A stretch of DNA of 57,290 bases from Vulcanisaeta sp. AZ3 (GCA_000960865.2 JZWU02000007.1:1-57290), one strand, 5' to 3'. Positions 9,532 through 20,738 are shown, counted from the first letter of the stretch. A program made the numbers and translations. Notes: generated by a model from the sequence alone, not told the origin.

Positions 9532-10212
9532 ATGAGCCAACAACAGCGCATTCCGGTGTACAAGAAGATACTCCAGGATAAGATGAAGGAGTGGATGGTT
9601 AAGGAATTCTTAAACTATAAATTATCAATGCAGGGTTATGTGGATTCAGACGTACTGAAGACACCCCTCGGGACTAGGATAATAATATATGCAGAGAGGC
9701 CGAATAGAATAATTGGCAGGAAGGGTGTAATTGTTAAGGAACTTACAGAATTGCTAAGTAAAAAGCTCGGTGTAGAGAACCCTGTGATTGATGTAACACC
9801 AATACAGAATCCAGAACTTAATCCTAAGATCATAGCCAATAGAATAGCCTGGGCAATGACAAAGGGTGTTAAGTTCAGGAGAGCTGGCATGATAGCCATT
9901 AGACAAATAATGGATGGCGGCGCCAGAGGCACTGAGATCACAATAAGTGGAAAACTAACTAGCGAGAGATCCAGGTTTGAAAAATACGTATATGGCACAG
10001 TCTATAAGAATGGCTATGATGCCATGACCAAGGTCCAGAGGTTTGCAGGCATGGTCCTACTCAAGCCTGGGATTTATGGTATCGAGGTTAGGATAACACC
10101 ACCAATAAGATTCAGTGATGAGTTTCAAATAAAACCACCAACTAGAGAAGCCGCTGTAGAAACACAACAAATAACGGAGGGTGGTGAGAGTGGCGAGCAG
10201 ACAGAGACTTAA
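9532..10212 (+). CDS. rps3: 30S ribosomal protein S3
   Basis: KTPLGTRIIIYAERP, IIGRKG and ITISGKLTSER motifs. Confidence 0.97.
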   Translation: MSQQQRIPVYKKILQDKMKEWMVKEFLNYKLSMQGYVDSDVLKTPLGTRIIIYAERPNRIIGRKGVIVKELTELLSKKLGVENPVIDVTPIQNPELNPKIIANRIAWAMTKGVKFRRAGMIAIRQIMDGGARGTEITISGKLTSERSRFEKYVYGTVYKNGYDAMTKVQRFAGMVLLKPGIYGIEVRITPPIRFSDEFQIKPPTREAAVETQQITEGGESGEQTET

Positions 10213-10411
10213 TGCAAAGACAATCAGGAACATGAAGCCTGAAGATAGGGCTAGACTACTCAACGATTTAAGGAGAGAATTACTAAAGCTTCAATCGCAG
10301 AGGGAGAGAGGTACCCTTGAAAATCCTGGTAGGATAAGAACAGTGAGGAGAGCTATAGCCAGGATATTAACAATAATGAATGAGGATATGGGTTCCAGAA
10401 CCACTAAGTGA
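10190..10411 (+). CDS. rpl29: 50S ribosomal protein L29
   Basis: ENPGRIRTVRRAIARILT; follows rps3. Confidence 0.95.
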   Translation: MASRQRLNAKTIRNMKPEDRARLLNDLRRELLKLQSQRERGTLENPGRIRTVRRAIARILTIMNEDMGSRTTK

Positions 10412-10420
10412 TTAATTTCC

Positions 10421-10672
10421 ATGAATACCCTATTCCTCAAGTTCATAACCACTACTAAATGCCGTAATCCAACTCTCAATAGTATTTCAGGTATAGTAAT
10501 TGATGAGACCGCGAAGACCGTGAAGGTGCTCACCCTGGATAATTCGATTAAGGCGATAATTAAGGAGGATTGTTGGTTCTATGTCAATATTGGTAATTGC
10601 ACGTACCTAATTAATGGAAAGAAATTAATCGTTAAGAGTAGGGGAAGGAAAATTTTTAAGTTCATAAAATAG
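10421..10672 (+). CDS. rnp1: Ribonuclease P protein component 1 (p29/POP4)
   Basis: NPTLNSISGIVIDETAKT motif; conserved position after rpl29. Confidence 0.8.
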   Translation: MNTLFLKFITTTKCRNPTLNSISGIVIDETAKTVKVLTLDNSIKAIIKEDCWFYVNIGNCTYLINGKKLIVKSRGRKIFKFIK

Positions 10673-10681
10673 CCAGAACTC

Positions 10682-11278
10682 GTGTCTGAACAAGAACTTG
10701 TAGAGCGACTAATAAATGGTGTCGTTACACGACTCACTAATGAGATTAATGAGTGGAGCAATAACCTTAGATTAAGAGCTGAGGCTGAATTGCTTGATAG
10801 TGCTAAGAATGTTATAGATAAGTATGCTGTAACCCTTGAGAATATTGATAATGAATTAAACATGGAAAAAGAATACAAGCTCTATAATGAAATGATGAAA
10901 ACAAAAAGAGAAAAGCTTAATGCAGTTGAGGAGGCCTATGCAGAGGTTGTTAGAAGAATTAAAGAGAGAATAAGCTCGATGAAAGGTACTGATGACTATA
11001 AGAAATTCCTCAAAAAATCAATACTATGGGCTACATCAATAGTTGGATCAAGAGAACTAATAGTGACAGTCAACGAGAAAGATAAGAATATTGTAGAAGA
11101 AATAATATCTGAGCTAGGGCTTAATGCAGTAATAAACACAACAGATAAGGAGATGCTCGGAGTCCTCGTAAGCTCTGCTGACGGTTCAATAAGGGTTGAT
11201 GCAACTCTCGAGTCAAGGCTTAACCTCATGGAGCATCAAATAAAGTCATTATTAACGCACATAGCGCTTACGAGTTAG
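10682..11278 (+). CDS. atpE: A/V-type ATP synthase subunit E
   Basis: Coiled-coil N-terminus; LGVLVSSADGSIRVDATLESRL; precedes atpA. Confidence 0.9.
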   Translation: MSEQELVERLINGVVTRLTNEINEWSNNLRLRAEAELLDSAKNVIDKYAVTLENIDNELNMEKEYKLYNEMMKTKREKLNAVEEAYAEVVRRIKERISSMKGTDDYKKFLKKSILWATSIVGSRELIVTVNEKDKNIVEEIISELGLNAVINTTDKEMLGVLVSSADGSIRVDATLESRLNLMEHQIKSLLTHIALTS

Positions 11279-11323
11279 ATGATGTAGAATTAATTTTAAA
11301 TATGCAAATGACTACTCTATTCC

Positions 11324-13132
11324 GTGTCGTTAAGCAAGGGTAAGATAATCTACATAAGCGGACCTGTGGTTAAGGCCGAGCTCCCTGGAGCACTACTCTA
11401 TGAATTAGTATTTGTAGGCGAATTAGGATTATTTGGTGAGGTCGTTAGGATTCAGGGCGATACAGCCTTTATTCAGGTCTATGAGGATACAACAGGCATA
11501 AAACCCGGCGAACCCGTTACCAGGACAGGCGAACCATTGAGCGCCTACCTGGGGCCTGGCATTATTAATATGGTCTATGATGGTGTCCAAAGACCCCTTA
11601 AGAATATCTTTGAATTAACTGGTAGATCCTTCGTTGCTAGAGGTATTAATTATGATAAAGCACCGCCTTTAGACTTTAAGAAGCCTTGGAAGTTCACACC
11701 AAGGGTTAAAGTTGGTGATACAGTCGAGCCTGGCGATATATTAGGTGTTGTTCCAGAGACACCATTAATCGAGCATAGAATACTCTACCCACCACTGTAT
11801 AAAAAGGGTACTATTAAGTACATAGCCCCTGAAGGTGAGTACACACTTAATGATGTTATCGCTGAGGTTGAGACCCCTGATGGTGTAGTACAAGTGAAGA
11901 TGTGGCACAAGTGGCCCGTCAGAAGACCAAGACCATTTAAAGAGAAATTACCGCCAATAGAACCTCTTATCACGGGCGTTAGGGCAATCGATACACTATT
12001 CCCAGTAGCCATTGGTGGCGCGGCCTCGATTCCAGGCCCATTCGGCAGTGGCAAGACCGTAACCATAAGGACCCTTGCAATGTATAGTCAGGCTAGGTAT
12101 GTAATACCTGTATTATGCGGCGAACGTGGCAATGAGGCCGCCGATGCATTACAGGGATTACTCAAGTTAATAGACCCAACTACGGGTAGGCCTTTGATGG
12201 AGAGAACCACAATAATCGTTAACACATCAAACATGCCTGTGGCGGCTAGGGAGGCCTCGATATACATGGGTGTAACCATAGCTGAGTACTTCAGAGATCA
12301 AGACTACGATGTATTCCTAATGGCGGACTCGAGTAGCAGGTGGGCCGAGGCTATGAGAGAAGTAGCACTTAGGATAGGTGAGATGCCAAGTGAGGAGGGA
12401 TTCCCAGCTTACCTACCAACAAGGCTCGCAGAGTTCTATGAGAGGTCTGGAAGAGTGATAAACATAGGTAGGGAGGGTAGGCTTGGCTCGGTCACAATAG
12501 CTGCAAGTGTTAGTCCACCTGGTGGTGATTTCACAGAACCCGTTACAAGCCATACGCTGAGGTTTGTAGGTGCTTTCTGGCCCCTTGACGCTAAGCTTGC
12601 CTATTCAAGGCATTATCCAGCTATTAATTGGTTGCAAGGTTTCAGTAGGTACGTAGATACTGTAGCTGAGTGGTACCAGAAGAATGTAGCCCCTGACTGG
12701 AAGGAGATTAGGGATGAGGCTATGAGGATATTAACTAGGGAAGCTGAGTTACAAGAGGTAGTTAGGATATTGGGTACTGAGGCACTAAGCGAGGCGGAGA
12801 AGCACCTACTTAACACGGCATTCATAATTAGAGAGGGATTTCTGAAGCAAGATGCCTACCATCCAATAGATGTTAAGTCGTTACCGCCAAAGCAATACTG
12901 GTTATTAAGACTTATGATAACATTCTATAGGAAAGGCCTTGAGGCAATCAACCGTGGAGTTCCAGCCTCAGCCCTTAGGGAATTAGACATTGTTAAGGTA
13001 ATGCCGAGACTCAGAATGGAGGTTAAGAATGAGGATTATCAGAAATTAATTGACATAGAGAAGAAACTTATAAGCGCAATTGAGGACTTAGAGAAACGTT
13101 ACGAATCTCAAATGCCTATGGCCAAGGCATGA
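11324..13132 (+). CDS. atpA: A/V-type ATP synthase subunit A
   Basis: PGPFGSGKT, CGERGNE and NTSNMPVAAREAS; no intein. Confidence 0.98.
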   Translation: MSLSKGKIIYISGPVVKAELPGALLYELVFVGELGLFGEVVRIQGDTAFIQVYEDTTGIKPGEPVTRTGEPLSAYLGPGIINMVYDGVQRPLKNIFELTGRSFVARGINYDKAPPLDFKKPWKFTPRVKVGDTVEPGDILGVVPETPLIEHRILYPPLYKKGTIKYIAPEGEYTLNDVIAEVETPDGVVQVKMWHKWPVRRPRPFKEKLPPIEPLITGVRAIDTLFPVAIGGAASIPGPFGSGKTVTIRTLAMYSQARYVIPVLCGERGNEAADALQGLLKLIDPTTGRPLMERTTIIVNTSNMPVAAREASIYMGVTIAEYFRDQDYDVFLMADSSSRWAEAMREVALRIGEMPSEEGFPAYLPTRLAEFYERSGRVINIGREGRLGSVTIAASVSPPGGDFTEPVTSHTLRFVGAFWPLDAKLAYSRHYPAINWLQGFSRYVDTVAEWYQKNVAPDWKEIRDEAMRILTREAELQEVVRILGTEALSEAEKHLLNTAFIIREGFLKQDAYHPIDVKSLPPKQYWLLRLMITFYRKGLEAINRGVPASALRELDIVKVMPRLRMEVKNEDYQKLIDIEKKLISAIEDLEKRYESQMPMAKA

Positions 13133-13159
13133 TTAATAAATAAACATTACGATTAATAA

Positions 13160-13723
13160 CTAAGCCTTAATCACACTTATTATTGATTTAATTACATGAT
13201 AATCATTCTGACCGCATGCTATTACCATGGTTGTACCACACGTTATATTGGGTAAATTATGAAGCCTTTCACCAAAGTCCTTATATAAATCCTCGAAATA
13301 GTTATTAAGCCTTAATATTAAGAATTTACCATGCACGCAATCATATCTAAGGAATATTACTGCATCGGCGCCATTCTTTATAGCAATATCCCTAAGCCTA
13401 ATTACATCATTCTCCTCAACATCCCTCTTAATTATGGATATGTAACATCTATGGCATTCGCAATTAAACACCTTCATAAATGAATTATCCTCCTCTAAGA
13501 AGACTACACCAACATCATTCAATAACCTACTCAATAGTTCCTCACCAACCTCCGTCAATTCTGCACCACCCCTCCGGACCCTAATGGCTCCTTGATCCCT
13601 TAATTCATTGAGTACTCTCCTAACGACGCCTTCACCAATACCTGTGGTAGAGCTTAGTGAGTATCTACCCATTCTACCGTGCTTCTTAAGCATTAATAGT
13701 ACTGTTATGTTCTCGATGGACAT
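13160..13723 (-). CDS. Winged-HTH domain protein (DUF4443-like)
   Basis: MGRYSLS...GEGVVRRVL HTH; RDIAIKNGA. Confidence 0.7.
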   Translation of the reverse strand: MSIENITVLLMLKKHGRMGRYSLSSTTGIGEGVVRRVLNELRDQGAIRVRRGGAELTEVGEELLSRLLNDVGVVFLEEDNSFMKVFNCECHRCYISIIKRDVEENDVIRLRDIAIKNGADAVIFLRYDCVHGKFLILRLNNYFEDLYKDFGERLHNLPNITCGTTMVIACGQNDYHVIKSIISVIKA

Positions 13724-13829
13724 TTATAATTAATAAGGCTGTTGTATTAATAAATTAAGTTTTTCTAGGTGGGAGAGAAAGCTAACGCTTATTAATTCTT
13801 CTAGCAACTACGCTACAGGTGATCATTAT

Positions 13830-15317
13830 TTGCCCAGTAAGGGTAAATACGTGGGCGCAAGAGAACTACCTATAAGGATTTATAATACCGCCACAAAGAA
13901 GATAGAACAATTAACGCTCCTTAAACCTGGCATTGTTAGGATATACACCTGCGGCCTCACGCCGTATGACTCTATGCATGTAGGTCACGCCAGAACCTTT
14001 GTATTTTACGATATATTTAGGAGGTACCTGGAGTACCTCGGCCTTGAGGTTAGATTTGTGACAAATTTCACAGATATTGATGATAAGATAATCAATAAAG
14101 CTAAGCAGGAGTTTGGTAATGACCTCATCAATAGATGGTATGAGGTGCCTAGTAAGTATATTAGGGAATTCTTCGATGCCATGGACAGACTATACATAAA
14201 GAGAGCATATGCATACCCAAGAGTCACGGAAAACATGAACGACATGCTTAAGTGGATTCAAGAACTCGTAAATAGGAACCTAGCCTACGTCACACCAGAT
14301 GGCTCGGTATACTTCGATATAACTAAGGTACCTAGGTACGGTGAATTCTCGGGACAGAAGATTGAGGAATTAATTGCAGGAGCTAGAGTAGAACCCGAAC
14401 CAGGTAAGAAGAATCCCTTAGACTTTGCTCTATGGAAATCTTGGAATGAGGGTGAGCCTTGGTGGAATAGCTCATGGAGCCCAGGCAGGCCGGGCTGGCA
14501 CTTGGAGTGCGTGGTTATGTCAAGCAAGTACCTTGGTGTTCCCTTTGATATACATGGTGGTGGCCAGGACTTGATATTTCCGCATCACGAGAATGAGATT
14601 GCCATAGCCAGGGTATACTTCAGTATAGATTATTTCGCTAGGTATTGGGTGCATGTCGGTCTCGTGACCATTAAAGGGCAGAAGATGAGTAAGTCCCTTG
14701 GTAATATAATACCAATAATGGATGCGCTTAATAAGTACGATGGTGAAGTACTAAGGCTTTACTACGCAATGACCCAGTACAGGAAGCCCATGGACTTCGA
14801 CCCAGATACACTAAGCCAAATTAGGAACGTGCTTATGAGCCTATACGCCGCCTATGATGAACTCATTGAGGCTATAAACGAGGCACCTGAAACTGGCACT
14901 AAAGATGAGGAGTTAATCAATAAAGTGAATAGTTATGTAGATGCCTTTGAATCCTCAATGAATAATGACCTAAACACAAGTGAAGCCGTGGCCTCACTAA
15001 TAGACTTCGCTAAGTACGTAGCATCCACAGTAATATACAATGCACAGAATTACTCAAAGAACGCCTTAACCCAAACCCTGACATTATTCACAGAATTGGC
15101 GGGGGTAATAGGTGTATTGAATAGGACAGGACTACCTCCATCATTAATTTCTCTAGTGAATACACTCATTAGAGTAAGGGCACAATTAAGGGCTAAAAGA
15201 ATGTTTGACCTAGCCGATGAAATTAGAAATGAGCTAGAGAAGCTTGGCATAGTCATTAGTGATGCTGGTAATAAGACCTATTGGTATATAGATAGGGATC
15301 GAGTGCGCTTCTCATAA
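13830..15317 (+). CDS. cysS: Cysteine--tRNA ligase
   Basis: CGLTPYD, HVGH, GRPGWHLEC and KMSKS motifs. Confidence 0.98.
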   Translation: MPSKGKYVGARELPIRIYNTATKKIEQLTLLKPGIVRIYTCGLTPYDSMHVGHARTFVFYDIFRRYLEYLGLEVRFVTNFTDIDDKIINKAKQEFGNDLINRWYEVPSKYIREFFDAMDRLYIKRAYAYPRVTENMNDMLKWIQELVNRNLAYVTPDGSVYFDITKVPRYGEFSGQKIEELIAGARVEPEPGKKNPLDFALWKSWNEGEPWWNSSWSPGRPGWHLECVVMSSKYLGVPFDIHGGGQDLIFPHHENEIAIARVYFSIDYFARYWVHVGLVTIKGQKMSKSLGNIIPIMDALNKYDGEVLRLYYAMTQYRKPMDFDPDTLSQIRNVLMSLYAAYDELIEAINEAPETGTKDEELINKVNSYVDAFESSMNNDLNTSEAVASLIDFAKYVASTVIYNAQNYSKNALTQTLTLFTELAGVIGVLNRTGLPPSLISLVNTLIRVRAQLRAKRMFDLADEIRNELEKLGIVISDAGNKTYWYIDRDRVRFS

Positions 15318-15349
15318 AACTTAAATTATCAATGTATATTATTAAATTC

Positions 15350-17188
15350 GTGAGGACCGTATTCCTAAGTAATGGTGTCTTTGCTGTCCTATATGATGAG
15401 AATTATTATATTAGAGACCTTTACTATCCACTCCTCGGTCAACATCACCATCACGCGTTTGGTGGTAGGTTTAAGATGGGTATTTGGCATGATGGTAAAT
15501 TCTCTTGGATTGAGAACGTGAAAAGTAAGGAGATAACTATGGATACATCTAAAGCCACACTTCACGCCGTGTGGGACAACCTTGACATAATAATGGAGGA
15601 CACAGTATTAATACCACAACCAGTACTTGTAAGGCACGTCTCAATAAGAGGACCAGGCTTTGTCAGGGTTATTTTTTACCATGACTTCAGATTAAATGAT
15701 TATGAGGCTGGCGATACGGCATTTTACGATCCATCATTGGACGCAGTATTTCATTATAAATCAAACACGTGGTTCGGCATTGCATCAACAAATCCCATCT
15801 ACGAATACACGACAGGCAGAAGAGACTTAAACACAGTACTTCCTGACTGCGAAGACGGAGTACTAGGCAAAAATCCCATCGCCCAGGGCTCTGTGGCTTC
15901 CGCAATCTCAATAGCAAGTCCCGACTTTTACTACTTCATCATTGCAGGAGAGAGTTATGGGAAGGTCATGAGGTTAATCCTCGACCTAAGGGATAAGAGG
16001 AAACTTGAGACTTACTTCACGAGGTCTGTTAATTATTGGAGCAACGTAGCTTCTGAATTCACTGATGACAAGCTGGCAGCCCAGAGTATTGTAGTGCTTC
16101 TCGGCCACGTTGGTAGCAACGGCTCAATACCTGCCTCGCTCGATACATCAATAATTAAGTTCAACCTAGATACCTACGGCTATGTTTGGCCGAGAGATGC
16201 AGCTTTCGTAGCCATGGCCTTGGATATGGCTGGATACTACACATTTACTAAGAGGTTCTATGAGTACGTATTCAAACTCTTTGGTGATGAGAATTTCCTC
16301 TTTCAGAAGTATAATCCGAATGGTACGTGGGGATCCACATGGCATCCCTGGACTGCGCGTGGTAAGAAGTCTCTTAATATTCAGGAAGATGAGACGGCAA
16401 CCGTGATTTACGCCTTCTGGCATTATTTTAAGAGAACTAGGGATTATGATCTCCTTAGGCAAGTCTACGATGTAATAACTAAGGCTGCTAACTTCATGGT
16501 CAACTTCAGAGACCCAAAGCTAAAGCTACCGCTGGAGAGTTATGACCTATGGGAGGAACGATTAGGCGTGCATACGTACACCGTTGCCTCAGTATACGCA
16601 GGATTGCTAGCTGCTAGTAACTTAGCCAAGGTGCTAGGTGAGTATGAGGATGCAGGTAAGTGGGAGGAGGCTGCTATGGAAATCCGCGAGGCGCTCAGGA
16701 ATTATTTATTCGATAAGGAGAGAGGCGTATTTCATAGGATGGTCAGGGTTGATGATGGTAAGATAATTGAGGTTGATAAAACAGTCGATGCAAGCATAAT
16801 GGGGGTGTTCCTATTTAATGTATTTGATATTTGGGAGCCTATAGTAGAGAGTAGTGCTAAAGTTATCATGGATAGACTCTGGGTTAAGCCAATAGGTGGT
16901 ATCGCTCGTTATGAGAATGATTATTATCAGAGAGTACCTGGCGACTACGGTGACATACCAGGTAACCCCTGGATAATAACCACGTTATGGATAGCTCAAT
17001 ACTACATAGCCAGGGGAGACGTGACAAGGGCCAAGGATTTAATTGCTTGGGTTAATAAGGTCAAAACCCTCACAAACCTACTCCCTGAACAAGTCGACCC
17101 ATTCAATGGAAAACCAGCCTCAGTAACGCCCCTATTATGGAGCCACGCTGAATACCTAAAAACATACCTAATGTTAAAAAGTAGTTAG
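15350..17188 (+). CDS. GH15 glucoamylase/trehalase family protein
   Basis: YVWPRD, DLWEER, LLPEQ and PLLWSHAE; GTG start chosen from TATA spacing. Confidence 0.9.
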   Translation: MRTVFLSNGVFAVLYDENYYIRDLYYPLLGQHHHHAFGGRFKMGIWHDGKFSWIENVKSKEITMDTSKATLHAVWDNLDIIMEDTVLIPQPVLVRHVSIRGPGFVRVIFYHDFRLNDYEAGDTAFYDPSLDAVFHYKSNTWFGIASTNPIYEYTTGRRDLNTVLPDCEDGVLGKNPIAQGSVASAISIASPDFYYFIIAGESYGKVMRLILDLRDKRKLETYFTRSVNYWSNVASEFTDDKLAAQSIVVLLGHVGSNGSIPASLDTSIIKFNLDTYGYVWPRDAAFVAMALDMAGYYTFTKRFYEYVFKLFGDENFLFQKYNPNGTWGSTWHPWTARGKKSLNIQEDETATVIYAFWHYFKRTRDYDLLRQVYDVITKAANFMVNFRDPKLKLPLESYDLWEERLGVHTYTVASVYAGLLAASNLAKVLGEYEDAGKWEEAAMEIREALRNYLFDKERGVFHRMVRVDDGKIIEVDKTVDASIMGVFLFNVFDIWEPIVESSAKVIMDRLWVKPIGGIARYENDYYQRVPGDYGDIPGNPWIITTLWIAQYYIARGDVTRAKDLIAWVNKVKTLTNLLPEQVDPFNGKPASVTPLLWSHAEYLKTYLMLKSS

Positions 17189-17288
17189 GAACCACTCATT
17201 CTCTCAAGAATAATATTAAGGAAGCCTTAATCACTTATTTAATTTAAAGCTGCAGATTAAAATAATTCTTGTACTAATGAAGAGTAGT

Positions 17289-18290
17289 TTACCCCCAGTA
17301 AGTGTTGTAAAGATCCATCCAGTATCCACTGACGAGCTTATTCTTACCAAGGACCTCTGTTATGGGTATCCTAACAATATCACCACTCCTGTAGGCCATC
17401 ATTTTGCCATAATCACCCTCCTCAATCGCCTTGTAAGCCTCTGTAGCAAACCTAACAGCAAGTACTCTGTCGAAGACTGTTGGTGCGGTACCTCTAATTA
17501 TGTGGCCAGGCACCACAGCCCTTGTCTCAATGCCCGTAACCTTCTCTATGTAATTAGCTAGCTCATTCCCAACACCACCAAGCCTTGAATGTCCAAACTC
17601 ATCCTTAGGACCACCGTACTCTTTAATTCCTTCAGAAACAACAATTAAGGCCCACTTTTTAGGCCCATAGCTCTTCTTGGCTCTATCGGCAACTATGTTC
17701 CACTCAATGGGCTTTTCTGGTATTAATACGAAGTCTGCCATGGTGGCTAGGCCTGTGAATAGAGCTATCCAACCGGCCTCTCTACCCATGACCTCGACGA
17801 CGCCAATCCTTTCATGAGATATTAATGTTGTCTTAAAGGATTCTGTGACCCTAACTGCTTCATTAACTGCTGTGTCAAAGCCTATTGTATAGTCGGTGCC
17901 CCATACATCATTATCAATAGTCTTTGGAACACCAACAGCATTAACTAACCCCCTGGCTTGTGCCTCCGCGGCTGCGCTTAGAGTGTCATCACCTCCGATT
18001 GCTACTATTACATCGAAGTTTAACTCCTTAATGCTATTTGCGAATTGTTCAGCTCTAGCTTCATCCTTGAATGGGTTTGTCCTTGAGGTCCTTATGTAAG
18101 TACCGCTCGTGAATGCGAAGTCAAGCAAGTCTTTGGAGGCCACTCTTTTAACCTCTCTATCTAGTACTCCTTTCCAACCATGCATTATTGCATATACCTC
18201 ATGCTTCCCTTCTAGTAGCTTAGTGAGTATGTACACTGCTATGTTGAGGCCTGGAGCGTCACCGCCCCCTGTTAGGATACCGATCTTCAT
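17289..18290 (-). CDS. pfp: 6-phosphofructokinase, probably PPi-dependent
   Basis: GGGDAPG, GGDDT and PKTIDND; operon with fba as in Thermoproteus tenax. Confidence 0.9.
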   Translation of the reverse strand: MKIGILTGGGDAPGLNIAVYILTKLLEGKHEVYAIMHGWKGVLDREVKRVASKDLLDFAFTSGTYIRTSRTNPFKDEARAEQFANSIKELNFDVIVAIGGDDTLSAAAEAQARGLVNAVGVPKTIDNDVWGTDYTIGFDTAVNEAVRVTESFKTTLISHERIGVVEVMGREAGWIALFTGLATMADFVLIPEKPIEWNIVADRAKKSYGPKKWALIVVSEGIKEYGGPKDEFGHSRLGGVGNELANYIEKVTGIETRAVVPGHIIRGTAPTVFDRVLAVRFATEAYKAIEEGDYGKMMAYRSGDIVRIPITEVLGKNKLVSGYWMDLYNTYWG

Positions 18291-19084
18291 TGTTGAACAC
18301 CCAGAACTTCTGTTACTTTCTTACCACCATACACAATGTCAGCAATTACCTTAGCGAATTTCAGAGCGTCTCTTCTCTGCCACACATTCCTACCAACAGC
18401 AATACCCAACGCACCAGCCTCAATAACTCCCTCAACCTGCCTCAGGAATTCCTCCTCTGTCTTAGTCTTTGGACCTCCAGACATTAAGACGGGTACCTTA
18501 CCAGCAACTTTAACAGCCCATGCGAATGTCTTAGGATCGCCGGTGTATTTAATCTTCATGGCATCAGCCCCAACCTCAAGGGCAATCCTAGCAGCATAGG
18601 CCACAATCTCAGGTGCAGTTTCATTAGTTACCTTACCACCCCTTGGATAGGACCAAATAATTAATGGTACATCAAACTTAACGGCATCCCTCTTAATCCT
18701 AGCCAACTCTTCAAGCATTTTCCACTCATAACCACTACCTGGATATATCGTGTAACCAACGGCTGATGCCCCAAGACTTACAGCCTCCTCAACAGTACAG
18801 TTGGCCACAGAAACAGGTTCACCATTGTATAGGCTTGTCTTGCTATTAAGCTTTAGAATTAATGGCACACTACCATCATAATACTTCTCAGCAATGCCTC
18901 TTTGAAAAACAATACCATCAAAACCAGCCTCCCTAGCAAGCTTAAGTATATACTCAGGATCAGCGGCATCAGGATTCTCTAAGAAGTCCGTTGGTCCATG
19001 CTCTATGCCGTGATCGTAGGCCAACACTATGGTCTTACCTCTCCTGGCAAATATTCTTAGGAACTTATCGACTAAACCTGTCAT
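18287..19084 (-). CDS. fba: Archaeal class I fructose-bisphosphate aldolase
   Basis: LAYDHGIEHGP, KIKYTG and AVGRNVWQ motifs. Confidence 0.95.
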   Translation of the reverse strand: MTGLVDKFLRIFARRGKTIVLAYDHGIEHGPTDFLENPDAADPEYILKLAREAGFDGIVFQRGIAEKYYDGSVPLILKLNSKTSLYNGEPVSVANCTVEEAVSLGASAVGYTIYPGSGYEWKMLEELARIKRDAVKFDVPLIIWSYPRGGKVTNETAPEIVAYAARIALEVGADAMKIKYTGDPKTFAWAVKVAGKVPVLMSGGPKTKTEEEFLRQVEGVIEAGALGIAVGRNVWQRRDALKFAKVIADIVYGGKKVTEVLGVQQ

Positions 19085-19151
19085 CAGTAAGATTATGTTG
19101 TTACTAGTATTTATTGAGTCATTGTTTAAAGTGTATTACTGGGTAGAACAA

Positions 19152-19868
19152 TTAATAACCGAAGACCCCTGGGTAATGCTCCCTTAATTGATTAATTAAA
19201 TCCTCAACAATGAACTTCAAAATCTCAGTGCCAACGCTTGGATTGATCAAGTCCTTCCTCAGAATGCCCACAACACCGCTCTGACTAACATCGATTGTTC
19301 TAACCACATTTATATTACCTTTAACTTCAACATCCACAATCCTATCCCACTTAACTAAATCCTTATTGATGGCTGAGATTAATGAAGCCTCTACTGCATC
19401 AGCATGCCCAAAGACTGGGAAGTGCCTCCTCACTGCACTCATTACCCTATTATTATAAATGTAGTAATGTAGAGCTCCACCACCATGGCTGTAATTCCAA
19501 GTCTTAATCGCCATATTCAGAACATCCACATTACCACCATGCCCATTAACAAAAACAACACCAGCAACACCCCATTGAAATACACTCTCAATAATGTCCA
19601 AAAGATAATGCAGAAGACTCTCAAAACGAACCCAAGTCGTACCTTTAAAACCAACATGCTCCATAGAAGAACCAACTGCAATCACAGGATACAACAGCAC
19701 AAGGTTTGGAAATCTTCCCTCAACCTCACTAGCCACATAATTAGCAATTATAGAGTCAGTACCCAGGGGCAAATGAGGACCATGCTGTTCAATAGAACCC
19801 ACAGGGATAATAACAACGAAGTTACCCCTAGACAACTCCTCACGAGTAACCTCTAAAACCTTCATCAT
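19152..19868 (-). CDS. Creatininase-family amidohydrolase
   Basis: GSIEQHGPHLPLGTD, NGHGGN and HADAVE motifs. Confidence 0.9.
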   Translation of the reverse strand: MMKVLEVTREELSRGNFVVIIPVGSIEQHGPHLPLGTDSIIANYVASEVEGRFPNLVLLYPVIAVGSSMEHVGFKGTTWVRFESLLHYLLDIIESVFQWGVAGVVFVNGHGGNVDVLNMAIKTWNYSHGGGALHYYIYNNRVMSAVRRHFPVFGHADAVEASLISAINKDLVKWDRIVDVEVKGNINVVRTIDVSQSGVVGILRKDLINPSVGTEILKFIVEDLINQLREHYPGVFGY

Positions 19869-19960
19869 GCACTACTAGATGGATCCAATATAAAAATGCT
19901 GAAGCAGCATAGAGATAAAAATAAGCGCAAAACTTCCCTTAAAGAAAAGCGTGATGATCC

Positions 19961-20695
19961 ATGTATTGCATCGAGGTTAAAAATGTCACTAAACACTTTG
20001 GAAACAACACGGCCCTAAACGGAATTAGCTTCGAGATTAACTGCGGAGATTCCGTTTCTCTCATAGGACCAAATGGAGCAGGCAAAACAACAACACTAAG
20101 GATTCTCAGCGGAATCTTAAGACCTGACTCTGGAACCGTTAAGATTTGCGGCGTTGATATCTTTAAGAAGCCTAGAGAGGCTAAGACATGCCTAGGTTAT
20201 TTACCCGAGGATGCGGTACCTTTTCTAAACCTCACGGTTAGAGAGAACTTGGAGTACGTAGGTATACTAAGGGGCATAGATGGACTCGATGATAGAATTG
20301 ATGAATTAGTTAAGGTGCTAGAGCTGGAGGATTTAATGAATAAGCCAGTGGCAGCTCTCTCTAGGGGTAACAGGCAGAAGGTTGCCCTGGCAATGGCAAT
20401 AATACATAGGCCGAAAGTCCTACTCTTAGATGAACCACTCAATTACTTAGACATACCAACGCAGGAGAGAATAATAAAATTGCTAAGGAATATGAATAAT
20501 GATGGAACAACCATACTTTTATCAACCCACATAATGAGCATAGCAGAGAAACTAACAAATGACGCCATAATAATAAACAAAGGAAAAATAATATGGAGAG
20601 GTACAATGGAACAACTAAAAACTGAAACGAACGCTAACCAAACAATTGAAGAAACGATAATCAACATATTGAACAAACAAACCCCCACGCAATGA
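19961..20695 (+). CDS. ABC transporter ATP-binding protein (no adjacent permease)
   Basis: GPNGAGKT, LSRGN, LLLDEP and STH motifs. Confidence 0.92.
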   Translation: MYCIEVKNVTKHFGNNTALNGISFEINCGDSVSLIGPNGAGKTTTLRILSGILRPDSGTVKICGVDIFKKPREAKTCLGYLPEDAVPFLNLTVRENLEYVGILRGIDGLDDRIDELVKVLELEDLMNKPVAALSRGNRQKVALAMAIIHRPKVLLLDEPLNYLDIPTQERIIKLLRNMNNDGTTILLSTHIMSIAEKLTNDAIIINKGKIIWRGTMEQLKTETNANQTIEETIINILNKQTPTQ

Positions 20696-20738
20696 AAACC
20701 GATATTTCTTAACTTCCCTTTGCCATGCTCTTGTTTAG

